NCBI RefSeq assembly: GCF_006345805.1
Contig: NC_043010.1
Location: 36,022,001 to 36,086,000, forward strand
Origin: Octopus sinensis
Lineage: Eukaryota
DNA length: 64,000 bases
Direction: 5' to 3'
The translations under genes were made by a program, and so were the position numbers. The notes under the pieces are model-generated. The model had not been told where the DNA came from. It searched no databases and saw nothing but the letters and a program-made list of their open reading frames with translations. This document shows, in pieces, positions 25,863-36,966 of the stretch. The number at the start of each line of letters is the position of its first letter. Position 1 is the first letter of the stretch.

Positions 25863-26817
25863 AGATTAGTAGAGTTAGACGTTGGAATAACCATCTAAAG
25901 GTATCTGTTTTACATCCGGTATAATTACCTATCTTAAACCTGGACATACATATGCAAGCATATTATACTCATAGGTTACATGTAATGATAAATATTAACA
26001 GGAGTTTATCAGGAATCAAATCTAAAGTAAACAGAAATGGAGAAATATTGATCAACAACAATTGACTTATATCCATGATTATTTTTTAATTCAATACAAA
26101 TAGACTGCATCCCATCTAACAGCTGTTTCTGCTTCCAGTGTTATTTAGTTTTGCCATTGATATGCTAAAAATTATATTCACCAGATTTGGTAATAAAACT
26201 GATCTGGGATATGGAGCTTCATCAGAGTGAAGAAAAATACATACATAAAAGAAAGAAGAAGAGCCTAGAGAGGAAAAGGAAAGGCTGAGTATGTTTAAAT
26301 CATACCATTTTGCTTATGTGTCTATTTGCTTAAAATAGTAATTGGTGGGTTAATTTTTTTCTATAGGGGTGATAGGGTGATAAGTAATTATAAAAAGTAA
26401 AAATTTTTTAAAATTTACAATAATGGGATATGCCAATAGGTTTAGTCAAGGAGAGAGTGAAGGTACCATAAAGTTTAGAAGTGATCGTAATAGTTTATAA
26501 TAATTATGTTTATGTTTGTTCTTTCTCGAGCCACGCCTGGCTCATAAGGGCCGGTTTCCCGGTTTCCTTGGTGTATAGGTTCCCCACCTGGATGGGACGC
26601 TGGTTCATCGCAAGTGAGCTGCAAGATGCAGGAGGAAAGAAGAGAAAGTTGTGGTGAAAGAGTCAGCAGAAGTTCACCATTACCTTCTGCCGGAGCTGCG
26701 TGGAGCTTAGGTGTTTCGCTCATAAACACACGCATTGCCCAGTCTGAGATTCGAACCCGTGATCCCTCGACCGTGAGTCCACTGCTCTAACCACTAGGCC
26801 ATGTGCCTCCACAATTT

Positions 26818-27222
26818 TGTTTATAGTACTAATTAATAGTTTTTACCATAATAAAGTGCCCAACAATTCATTTCAATTATTTATTAATATGTGATAAAGT
26901 CTAACTACCTATTGCTAGTAATGGGACTGACCAAGGTCCAGCGTTTAATATAATTAGTCAGTTAAATTTAAAAACAAAGAACAAGCTATTAAAACCATTG
27001 TACAGGTTGATATTTATCTATTCATTTCAACCCACATAACAGTCTTAATAGCTTGCCTTTTGTTTTTAAATTTAATTGACTAATTATATCAAATGCTGGA
27101 CCTTGGTCAGTTCCTTACTGGCAATAGGTGGTTGGACTTAAACACATATTAGTAAGTAAATAATTGAAATGAATTGTTGGGTACTTTATTATGGTAAAAA
27201 CTATTAATTAGTACTATAAACA
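26818..27222. repeat. ~400-bp near-perfect palindrome (foldback MITE-like)
   Basis: Arms of ~175-180 bp (tttatagtactaattaatagtttttacc... / ...ggtaaaaactattaattagtactataaa). Confidence 0.9.
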
Positions 27223-30200
27223 TGATTATTAAAAACTATATATATATATATATGTGTGTGTGTACATTGTTACATACGTATGTACATATTTATATACATA
27301 TGTATGTATGTTTGGATTTATGTATGGATGTGTGTTTGCTTCCGTTTGTCTTAACACATGTTAGTTGTAAAAAGGTGTTGCTGTCAGTCAAGTGCTGTCG
27401 TTCATTTCCATTCTTCCAGCAAAGCATGTTCAGCCATGGAGAAATATGAACTTGCTCAGAAACAGGTGAGGGTTAGTGACAGGAAGGGCATGCAGCTGTT
27501 GGAAATCTACCTCAATGAACTCCCTCCTGTTCTTGCAAGCACGACAAAGTGGATGTTAAAATGAGGAAGAGGAGTGTGGTGGTGGTGGTGGTGGAAGCGG
27601 CAGTTAAGATGATGATGATGATGATTGAGAGTTAAATAAGATTGGCAATACAGACAAGAAAGAAAGACAATAGATTGATAGAGAGATAAACCCAAAAGAG
27701 GGAGATATAGAAAGACAGAGAGAGAGAGAGAAAGGTAAGTGAGCCAACAGATAAAGACAGATAGGTAGGTAGGTAGGTTGGTATGATGCTCTATATATAC
27801 TAAATTCCATACAAGTCTTCTCTCTTGCACATCACTGACCAACAATCAAAGTATGTTTACAGTCTTTGTATACTGAAGTCCTGCTCCAAAATGACGTCTA
27901 ACACTCTTCTTGTTTATAAATGATGTATTTCATAACAATTACGAGGCATGTCTTCTTTTTCCTACTTCTTTCTTTGCAGGAAAGAAGTACGTTATTGTTT
28001 AGCACAAAAGAGTATGGAAAAGAAGATATGTCATACATTTGCTACAAAATAAGATTTAGCATTTGAATGACAAATGTTAAGGACTTTTATAAAGACATGA
28101 ATATAGGTAAAAAATATAAACACCGATGTATACATATATATGTATATATACACACACATACACTTAGGCATGTATATATATATATTATATATGTTATTTA
28201 GAGATAGCAGTCCCCATCATCACACCATGTGAAAGAATTTAATTTAATACTTACTACTCATTTCTAAATCTCTGCTACACGTGTTTCTTGAGGTTCTTTT
28301 ACAGTTCCTTAAGCACGCAGTGTTTTACAGGAACCTTTCTTAAATTGTAACCCCAATCATCAGGCCTCTAAATAACTTTATCATAGTTCTATACCAAATT
28401 CTATATTTTAATTTTAACAGATAAGTATGCGTGTGTGCAAATAGATTCGCCAGACCTTACTGTGCAAGCTATAATTTAATTCAAATAAAATTAATGAAAA
28501 TAAAAAAATTAAAATAAAAAATAAAAAATTTACAAAAACTAAATTCTTACGTAACTTATGTCTATAAAGTTACATAAGTTATATGCCATTCATATAAAAT
28601 TAATAATATGTAAGGATAAAAATAAAATATATACTTTGCTGTGGGCACGTAACAAACACCATCCGATCGTGGCCGTTCGCCAGCTTCATCTGGCACCTGT
28701 GTCGGTGGCACATAAAATCACCCACTACACTCTCGGAGTGGTTGGCATTAGGAAGGGCATCCAGCTGTAGAAACACTGCCAGATCTGACTGGCCTGGTGC
28801 AGCCTTCGGGCTCCTCAGACCCCAGTTGAACCGTCCAACCCATGCTAGCATGGAAAGCGGACGTTAAATGATGATGATGATGATGATGATATAATACTGA
28901 CAAATAATAACAAATAAATATATTTGAATAAAAACTATAGTTAAATGTGGACATACACAAGTATGAATAACAAAATGCAAAAAGAAAATTTACAAATGAT
29001 AAGAATGATAAAAATTTTAAATTTACAAAGTAAAAATTAGAGCGTAATAACTTAAGAGTAACGTAATAACTTATTACGCTCTAATTTTTACTTTGTAAAT
29101 TTTATATAAAGTGGAAGAAGTGCTAATGATGTAGATTTGTTTACAATGAGTCTTAACTTGTGTGACCCACACATTATGATTTCAAAACCATCTTCTGTGG
29201 CACATATAGAATGAGACATGCAGTATCAGATAGAAAAGTGCTACAAACTTCCACTGACTAGACTGTAGCCTTGAGTGATGCCTTCTTAACCATTTCATCT
29301 GGCATTGTTTCCTCTTCTGCCAGTTCAAGGAGTCAGATCAGTCGTTGTTGTCTACATCCGCAGCTCCACTGCTGAGGTCTTGAAGAGGGGCTTCAATCTG
29401 GATTCTCTCTTTTGATATTGGAACCATTGGTGCTAAGGCGGTGATAGCTGGCAGAGTCGTTAGCATGCCTGGCAAAATGCTTAACGGCATTTCATTGGTC
29501 TTACTGTTCTGAGTTCAAATTCTGCTGAGATCGACGTTGCCTTTCATCTTTTCAGGATCGACAAAATAAGTACCAGTTGAACACTGGGGTTGATATAATC
29601 GACTTGGCCCAACCCACCAATCTCCCACTACACCCAAAATCGCTAGCCTAGGGCCAAAATTTGAAATCAATATTAGCACCATGGGTAGCCCTGACAGGAG
29701 TGTGAGACTGTTGATGGCATTGTTTTTAGTTTAATTGCCCTACACAAGCTCTCCACCACAACAAAGAATGACTATCAGAAAGATATGTGTGTGTGTGCAT
29801 GTGTGCCTGAATATGTGTGTGTGTGTGTTTGTGTGCATGCACATATGCAAGCATGGCTGTGTGATTAAGAAGCTTGCTTCCCAACCATGAGGTTTCAGGT
29901 TCAGTACCACTGCACAGCACCTTGGACAAGTGTCTTCTACTATATCCCAAGTTAACAAAAAACTGAAAGAAACCCACATTCATGTGTGTGTGTGTGTGTG
30001 TATGTATGTACAATTATCTTGACATGATGATGGCTGTAAATGAGCATTGCCTTCTAGTGTCTTCAGTGGTAAAGCATTTCTGGCCCTGAGAAATATTACC
30101 TTGCTTGAAAACAAATAAGAATTGGCAACAGGAAGGGCACCCAACCATAGAAAATTTGCCTCTACAAATTCCTTCTGACCCAGGGACATTAAATGATGAG

Positions 30201-30418
30201 ACGTGTGTGATTCAGCAGTATAAGATGTAGACTCAGAGAATCATGTGGCTATCACAGAAACGTCCATAATTTCTTCAATACCATCATTAATACTACATGA
30301 GGAAGGTTGCAAAGCAGCTGTAATCCTATAGAAGTCACATAGCTAAATAACTATATATTCATTTTTCATTATCTCCTATCTTTATGTTTTTACATATATA
30401 TATATATATATATATTTA

Positions 30419-30961
30419 TATTGGGTTGTCCGGAAAGTTCATGCCGATTTATAGTAGCATACCTTTCAACTTATTTTAGAACATGATTAAGTCCATAAAA
30501 TAGGATTTGACTACACCTCCATTTAGAGCACAGTTTAAGCTATCTTTTCTTGGAAGAAGATTTATGTTCCTATAACCTGTGTTAATTCTGTAACCCTTTA
30601 AAATGGAAGATAAGAAAGTTCATTTTCAGCACTTGACGCTTTGAGAACCAGACAAAAGTTCCTGCAGCTCAGCTGGGATGTGTTACCCCACCCTCCATAT
30701 TCACCAGATATTGCTCCTTCGGATTTCCACTCATTCCTGGTCTCTGCAGAATAGCCTTAGTGGTAAAAATTTCAATTCCTTGGATGATGTAAAACGATAC
30801 CTTGATGAATTCTGTGAATAGAGTATTTTCAAGTTAAAGGAAAGATGGAGACGCATTTTGCAACAAAATGGTTCATATTTGGTTGATTAAAAATGTAATA
30901 TGGCAAGTATATATTGACCTTTTTCTTTCCTTTAAAAATTGGCACGAACTTTCTGGACAAC

Positions 30962-30967
<6 letters not shown>
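30419..30967 (+). mobile_element. Second copy of the same non-autonomous mariner
   Basis: Same TIRs and YSPDIAPSD-coding segment, in the opposite orientation. Confidence 0.9.
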
Positions 30968-31012
<45 letters not shown>

Positions 31013-31350
31013 ATGTTTGGAGGAATATATTATCCAGGCAGATACTGTATTGGCTCTCAGTTGAGGGCTTCTATTTGTTGCTAGTCACTCTGTGTATTCT
31101 TCCAATGGGTAATTCTGTGTACACTTCGCTGGACAGTAAAAATTGTCAGGAGTATATATTATTATCAATAATAGAAAGTATGGAAGCTTGTTCATCCACA
31201 AAATTGATTTTATAATTTTATACAGCATATTATAAATAACCTGCTCATATTTCTGTTGCACCAACTACTCATGGTTGGAGATGCAATCTTGCATTATTAT
31301 CGGTGAAGCTTCATTAGGGTCCATCTATTTTCTGAGAGAGAAGTAAATTT

Positions 31351-31770
31351 GGATCTTTTTGGTTTGAACAGCAGTTTTTAAAAATAATTTCTAGGTAACT
31401 AAAAAATTTTAAACTTCGTATACTGGTAGAATGTGTTTATAAAACATCTTTTTCTCTTGGTTTTATTGAGAAAAATTCTATGGTTTGTAAGAAATTTGTT
31501 TTTTTTTCTTCAATTTCTGCAGTTTCAACCAGTCAATGATGTCTACTGAGGTAAAAAAAAACATTCTGTGCCATATGAATATGTTCCTCGTTTAAGAAAC
31601 AGATTGGGTTTATTTACATTTCTGAAGAAAAAAAGATACCCTTCCTCCCACCCCTAACCCTAACCCTAAAACAGATTGAAATGCAATAGATCGATACTAG
31701 GGTCATAATTATGGGTGATAATTTCATATGACACCACTAGAAAAAACTGCCATTCAAACCGAAAAGATCC
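31351..31770. mobile_element. MITE with ~29-bp TIRs and 8-bp TSD (hAT- or Merlin-like); partial copy at 10440-10620
   Basis: ggatctttttggtttgaacagcagttttt / aaaaaactgccattcaaaccgaaaagatcc; TSD gtaaattt at 31343-31350 and 31771-31778; internal (TAACCC)n. Confidence 0.85.
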
Positions 31771-32020
31771 GTAAATTTGTTAGTGCTATGAAATAAATTT
31801 GGTGGATGAACAAGTCTCCATATTCTCTATATATAAATATTTTGCAAGAGAGATAGGAAAAATTTTGGCAATAAATGTACGAGATAAATTATGTGCCAAA
31901 GTTACTTTATTTGTTTATTCTCATTACTATTTCAGCATGTACTTTGAAGTCTATGCCTCACCCAGGTTGAATAAAGTCAAAATATACCCACAGTTGTCAT
32001 CCGTACTTGCCAGAAAGACT

Positions 32021-32234
32021 TTAACCCTTTAGCATTCAAATTAGTCTGTCGAATGTAATAATTATTTATTCACATTGTTTTGAATTAAGCATGCATTATC
32101 TTGTAGCTTTGAGTTTTCAATGATGTGATTGTTTATTTTAAAATGGCATTGTAGGGTAAGCGTGAGAGGCAGGATCTGGCCAGTTTGAACCTAGAACAAG
32201 TAGAATATTTGGGTCAGATATAGCTGAAGGTTAA
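32021..32234 (+). mobile_element. piggyBac-type MITE family B
   Basis: TTAA|ccctttagc ... gctgaagg|TTAA. Confidence 0.55.
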
Positions 32235-33391
32235 AAGTATTATTAGTTGATGATGTGACAAATATTTTTTGTCACTGTATAATTATTACTGATTAGCTTT
32301 TTGATGTTCTTAGATTAAATATGTCAGCACTAACTTACCAAAATATATATAATTTCACATTAAGGAGGTTTGTGCGTTATGATTTGTATTTAAAGTCCAT
32401 GAAAAGGCACATGCATGATTTGGACATTAAACACCAAAAGTGAATGATAATTGCGTGATCTGAAATCACGGGTTTTAATCTAGGGGACATAACTCCATAA
32501 TTATATATTTAACAATTGTTCCTTAATATTGGGTTAAATGGTAGTTATACTACGGACTTTATCCTGTTATCTCCCTTAACAACAGCAAATTCTATATAAC
32601 TTCTGTTGCTAAGCATAACACTACTTCATATATCAGCTTCAAACGTCTTTGAAATCCTTAGAATAGGGATCTTGATATCATATATGTAAACACAAACTAT
32701 TTAAATTTTTTTACAATTCCTAATAATATAATAGGATTTTTTAAACATCAATGGTTGAGGGCTTCATCCAAGTGAAACCGGAATTAAAAGGGTTCCATAG
32801 GAGTAAGAAAATGGTTGAGAACCACAGGTCTACATAATCAGGGATCTCCTGAGGGCCAAACAACTACAACAACAATTTCAAACACAAGACAAATAGAACA
32901 AAAACAAAACAAGATACACTTTTTAGCATCCAATAAGCTTTGTTAAATAACAAGATGGCAGAATATTTTTTTTATTTATTTATGTTTACATTTTCGTAAA
33001 AAAAAAACCATTTAATTTTTACAATATTTTTAGTATAAATTATTGTTCTTTCTTTAAATTAAATTAAAATAAATTAAATCGAGTTACTTTTATTGAAGTC
33101 CTTGACATTGGTATAAATTTGTATTGGTTGTGGAGTTTCAACATAAATTAAATTACCTTCAAGTAACAATTTATTTATATCACTTTTTATATTTTGCAGT
33201 TGGTGAGTCAACTTCCTCATTGGTTTCTTGAAAACAAACACCGATTCACTGTAAATTGGATGGCAATTGTGTAACTTCATATGGAACAAATATTGCAAGG
33301 GACTGTTTGAAATGAATCAGTTTTCTCACTGATGTTAATATCCTTTGCCTCTGTGTGTGTGTGTATATATATGTGTGCATGAGTGTGTGTG

Positions 33392-33467
<76 letters not shown>

Positions 33468-33644
33468 TTTTTGTTCTTGTTTCAGCTCAGAGCTGTGGCC
33501 ATGCTGATGCACCACCGTTTAAAAAAAATATGGAGCGCTTCACGAATTTGCGTGTCATCCTTGCGCATATATATATATGCTTATGTGTGCATATATATTT
33601 GTATGTGTGTGTGTGTATATATAAATATATATATACACACATAT

Positions 33645-33684
<40 letters not shown>

Positions 33685-36664
33685 AAATGATAATGAAGAA
33701 CAATACATATATACACACACAACCACGGACAGACGATGGTCTTACAAACAGTTTATACCTATCAAATTCCACTCAAACTGAAGCAATGGTTAAAAACAAA
33801 CAAAAATAAAACCCAGTTGCTAAATGCTAAAAATGCTGTGCAGAGAGGTCAAACATCAAACAAAGAACATGATTGCTAAGTATAATTCTCAACTGCACAA
33901 TGATGCTTCTGCTAGCATCACACACGCATCTAAATCATAGCTTCACAAAGTGTACCTCCCATAGGTCTTGTCTATTATGATATAGTGTATTATAGTATAG
34001 ATATAGTTTGCTATACTATATAGTTTACTATGGTTACTATAATCCAGAAGCTTAGGTCTCTAACTTAGAGGTCGTCCAGGTAACACATGTGATATCATTG
34101 CACTGCCATGCAGACCTCACATTTGCACTAGTGCCATGGAAAGCATGGGGTAGAATCTGTTGTGTAGATAACAGATAGTTCCTTTGCATTATATTGCCCA
34201 GGTACCATTTTGAGATGCCATTCCACTCCAGATTCTGTTATAGTAGATAACCAAACTTTAGGGTCTTTAGTCACGAATGAATTATTTGGTCTCCATGTGA
34301 TACCTATTGATAATAATAATCAAGCTAGTTAGACTATTTTTACTTAACTCTTTTGATATCAAAACCAACTTGAGACCTCTTCTGCATAGTCATAAATTGG
34401 TTAACTATTAAAACTTTTCCATTGAAGTTTTTTCAAATTTTTTTCATCCTAACAATACAAAATTCTTGGTTTTCAAGAATTTGTTTTTACTAAATTTCTC
34501 CAAATTCTATGTTTACTTCTAAATTAATTGAAATACATAACAGTGTATTTCATTACAATTATAGTCACATAACAACGATATTGAAATAACACAGGAAGGT
34601 TACAGGCTGATATTCTTTAACACTGGACTCTCCACTTACAGCAAGAACTATTCTGAAAGTGACATGTCCTGCAACATAATCCCATAATCCAGAGAGAAAG
34701 GTAGGAGACCTTCATTTACTTTTCCTGAGTTCAGATGACTTTTACCATCCATTTCGTTCTTATTTTATTCATGATCCTATTTAATATTTTTGCCATCTTG
34801 TGCACATGAGCAGCAGTATAGAGTGAAGTGTGGCATAATGAGTTGAGTATAGCATGAAGTATGGAGTATAATGTAGAGTGGAGTTAGTGTGGTAAGAAAT
34901 TAAATATATGTAGCATGAATTGTAGAGTATAGACATGGCATGTCTAACTTGAACTTGCATGAAGCATGAATAGTATGTGTCTGTATATATATAAATATAT
35001 ATATAGCATAGAGTGTAATGATGACTTGGTATCGATTCCTGAGAGTAAAGCGAACTGAAGCTGTATAAAATAAAGTGATTAATCCAGAAACAGAAGAGAA
35101 AATCCTTGGCATGTCTGAATTCAGAACACATGAACAATTAGTCTCATGGTTCAACCACTCAACCATCTTGTCTAAACGATTGTATGCAAATACTATGAGG
35201 GCAACCCTGCATGGTTAACAAGTGCTTCTTAAATTTGTGCGTTCAAAGTCCTTTTGTGTATCTAAAAACATACATTGTTCTTGTTGTGAGAAATGCTTGG
35301 GGATTAGGTTAGAACAACCAAATTAATGAGAAATCACATAATCTCTAAAAAAACATTTGAGCGAGAGTGTTACCAGTGCTGCTGGACTGGCTCCTGTGCA
35401 GGTGGCATGTAAAAAACACCATTTGAGCGTGGCTGTTGCCAGTATCGCCTGACTGGCCCTCATGCCAGTGGCACATAAAAGCACCCACTCGGAGTGGTTG
35501 GCATTAGGAAGGACATCCAGCTGTAGAAACTCTGCCAGATAAGATTGGAGACTGATGCAGCCATCTGGTTCGCCAGTCCTCACTCAAATCATCCAACCCA
35601 TGCTAGCATGGAAAGCAGACGTTAAACGATAATGATGATGATAATTAGAAACTAAACTTTTCCAATTGCCATTCTCCTTGCATTCTGTTATAAAATCCAG
35701 GGTGGCAGTGTCCTGTGCCTGCCTGTTTACATGTAAATGGGTAAAGATTCCCTTTGCTCACAAATGACCATGGGATTACACCTAGAAAATTCACAAGTCC
35801 AAGCAAGGTTGTTTACGGAAGACCAGCAGTCGCCCATGCATACCAGCCTCCCCTCTCCATGCCACTGAAGTTATCCAAGGGAAAGGCAAAAGCTGATACA
35901 GCTTGGTACCAGTGATATCGCTGCTCATTTCTACAGCTGAGTGAACTGGAGCAACATGAAATAAAGTGTCTTGCTCAAGAGTACAACACAGCCTGGTCTG
36001 AGAATCAAACTCACAACCTTATGATTGTAAGCCCAATCCTCTAACCACCGAGCCATGCTTCTTCACATTATTTAAATGTATATACTTTATAAAAACTCTG
36101 TTGCATACATGAGGATTATATTAAATAAAAACTGAGATCACTGTGTGTAAACATATTCTATGTTGTGGCAATTGTTTTATGCTACATCACACAGCTTATG
36201 AAATATTCCATGATGTCTATATAAACATACTCAGTAGAGCTATGGATCTTGTTTTCACTTCGTTCATTTTACAATGCACTACACAGCATAGGAAATAATC
36301 CAGTATGTGTACATAAGCATACACTGTCTTATTATGAAATGAATTTGGTTGTAAAAACCCAATTTAACAAAGGGAGCTGAGGGGTTTAAGTCCTTCAATA
36401 AATATATTTCATTCAGTGATGAATGATTTACACAGTAACAGACTATAAAAACTAAATTTCGGTATCAGATGGTAAGCAGCAAGGATGAAGTTGTCTGTAG
36501 TACCAATGGAATTATGGGTCTTGCACCATAACAATAATTTAAGCAAAAATAAAATACATAAAAAAAGTTTTTAAAAAATAACAAAAAAAACTTGCAACGG
36601 TAGGAGGGATGAAAATGGCAGAGAAAGCAAAGAAAATTAAGAGGAAGACAAGAGAGAACTGTTT

Positions 36665-36966
36665 TTAAAGACGGCACAAGAGTTGTGTTGACTTGTGACC
36701 CCAGATGTGGACGTGTTCTAGCAATGAATCCATTAAGGATTCCAGGCGATGCTCCACTGGGGACGGTGATGGGAGCAACAAAGTCAGACGAAGACGGATA
36801 TGAGATCTGACAATATGGGAAGCAATTTGAATGGTATGCGATGAGCAAGGGAGGAGACCTGTTGAAGAGACCAAGACAAACCATGGGACCGGATCACTGC
36901 ATTTTGATGTTTCGCTCTTGAACGATTCCTCTACCATTTTCTCTTGTTCTGCTGACATAGAACAAG
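36665..36966 (-). CDS. ALLC-like: ALLC-like terminal exon 11 (A-CSMSAEQE...PWFVLVSSTGLLPCSSH...HIRLRLTLLLPS...QLLCRL*)
   Basis: ttttctcttgcag|CT, 302 nt to TAA at 36667-36665; contains the supplied ORF 36665..36958. Confidence 0.88.
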
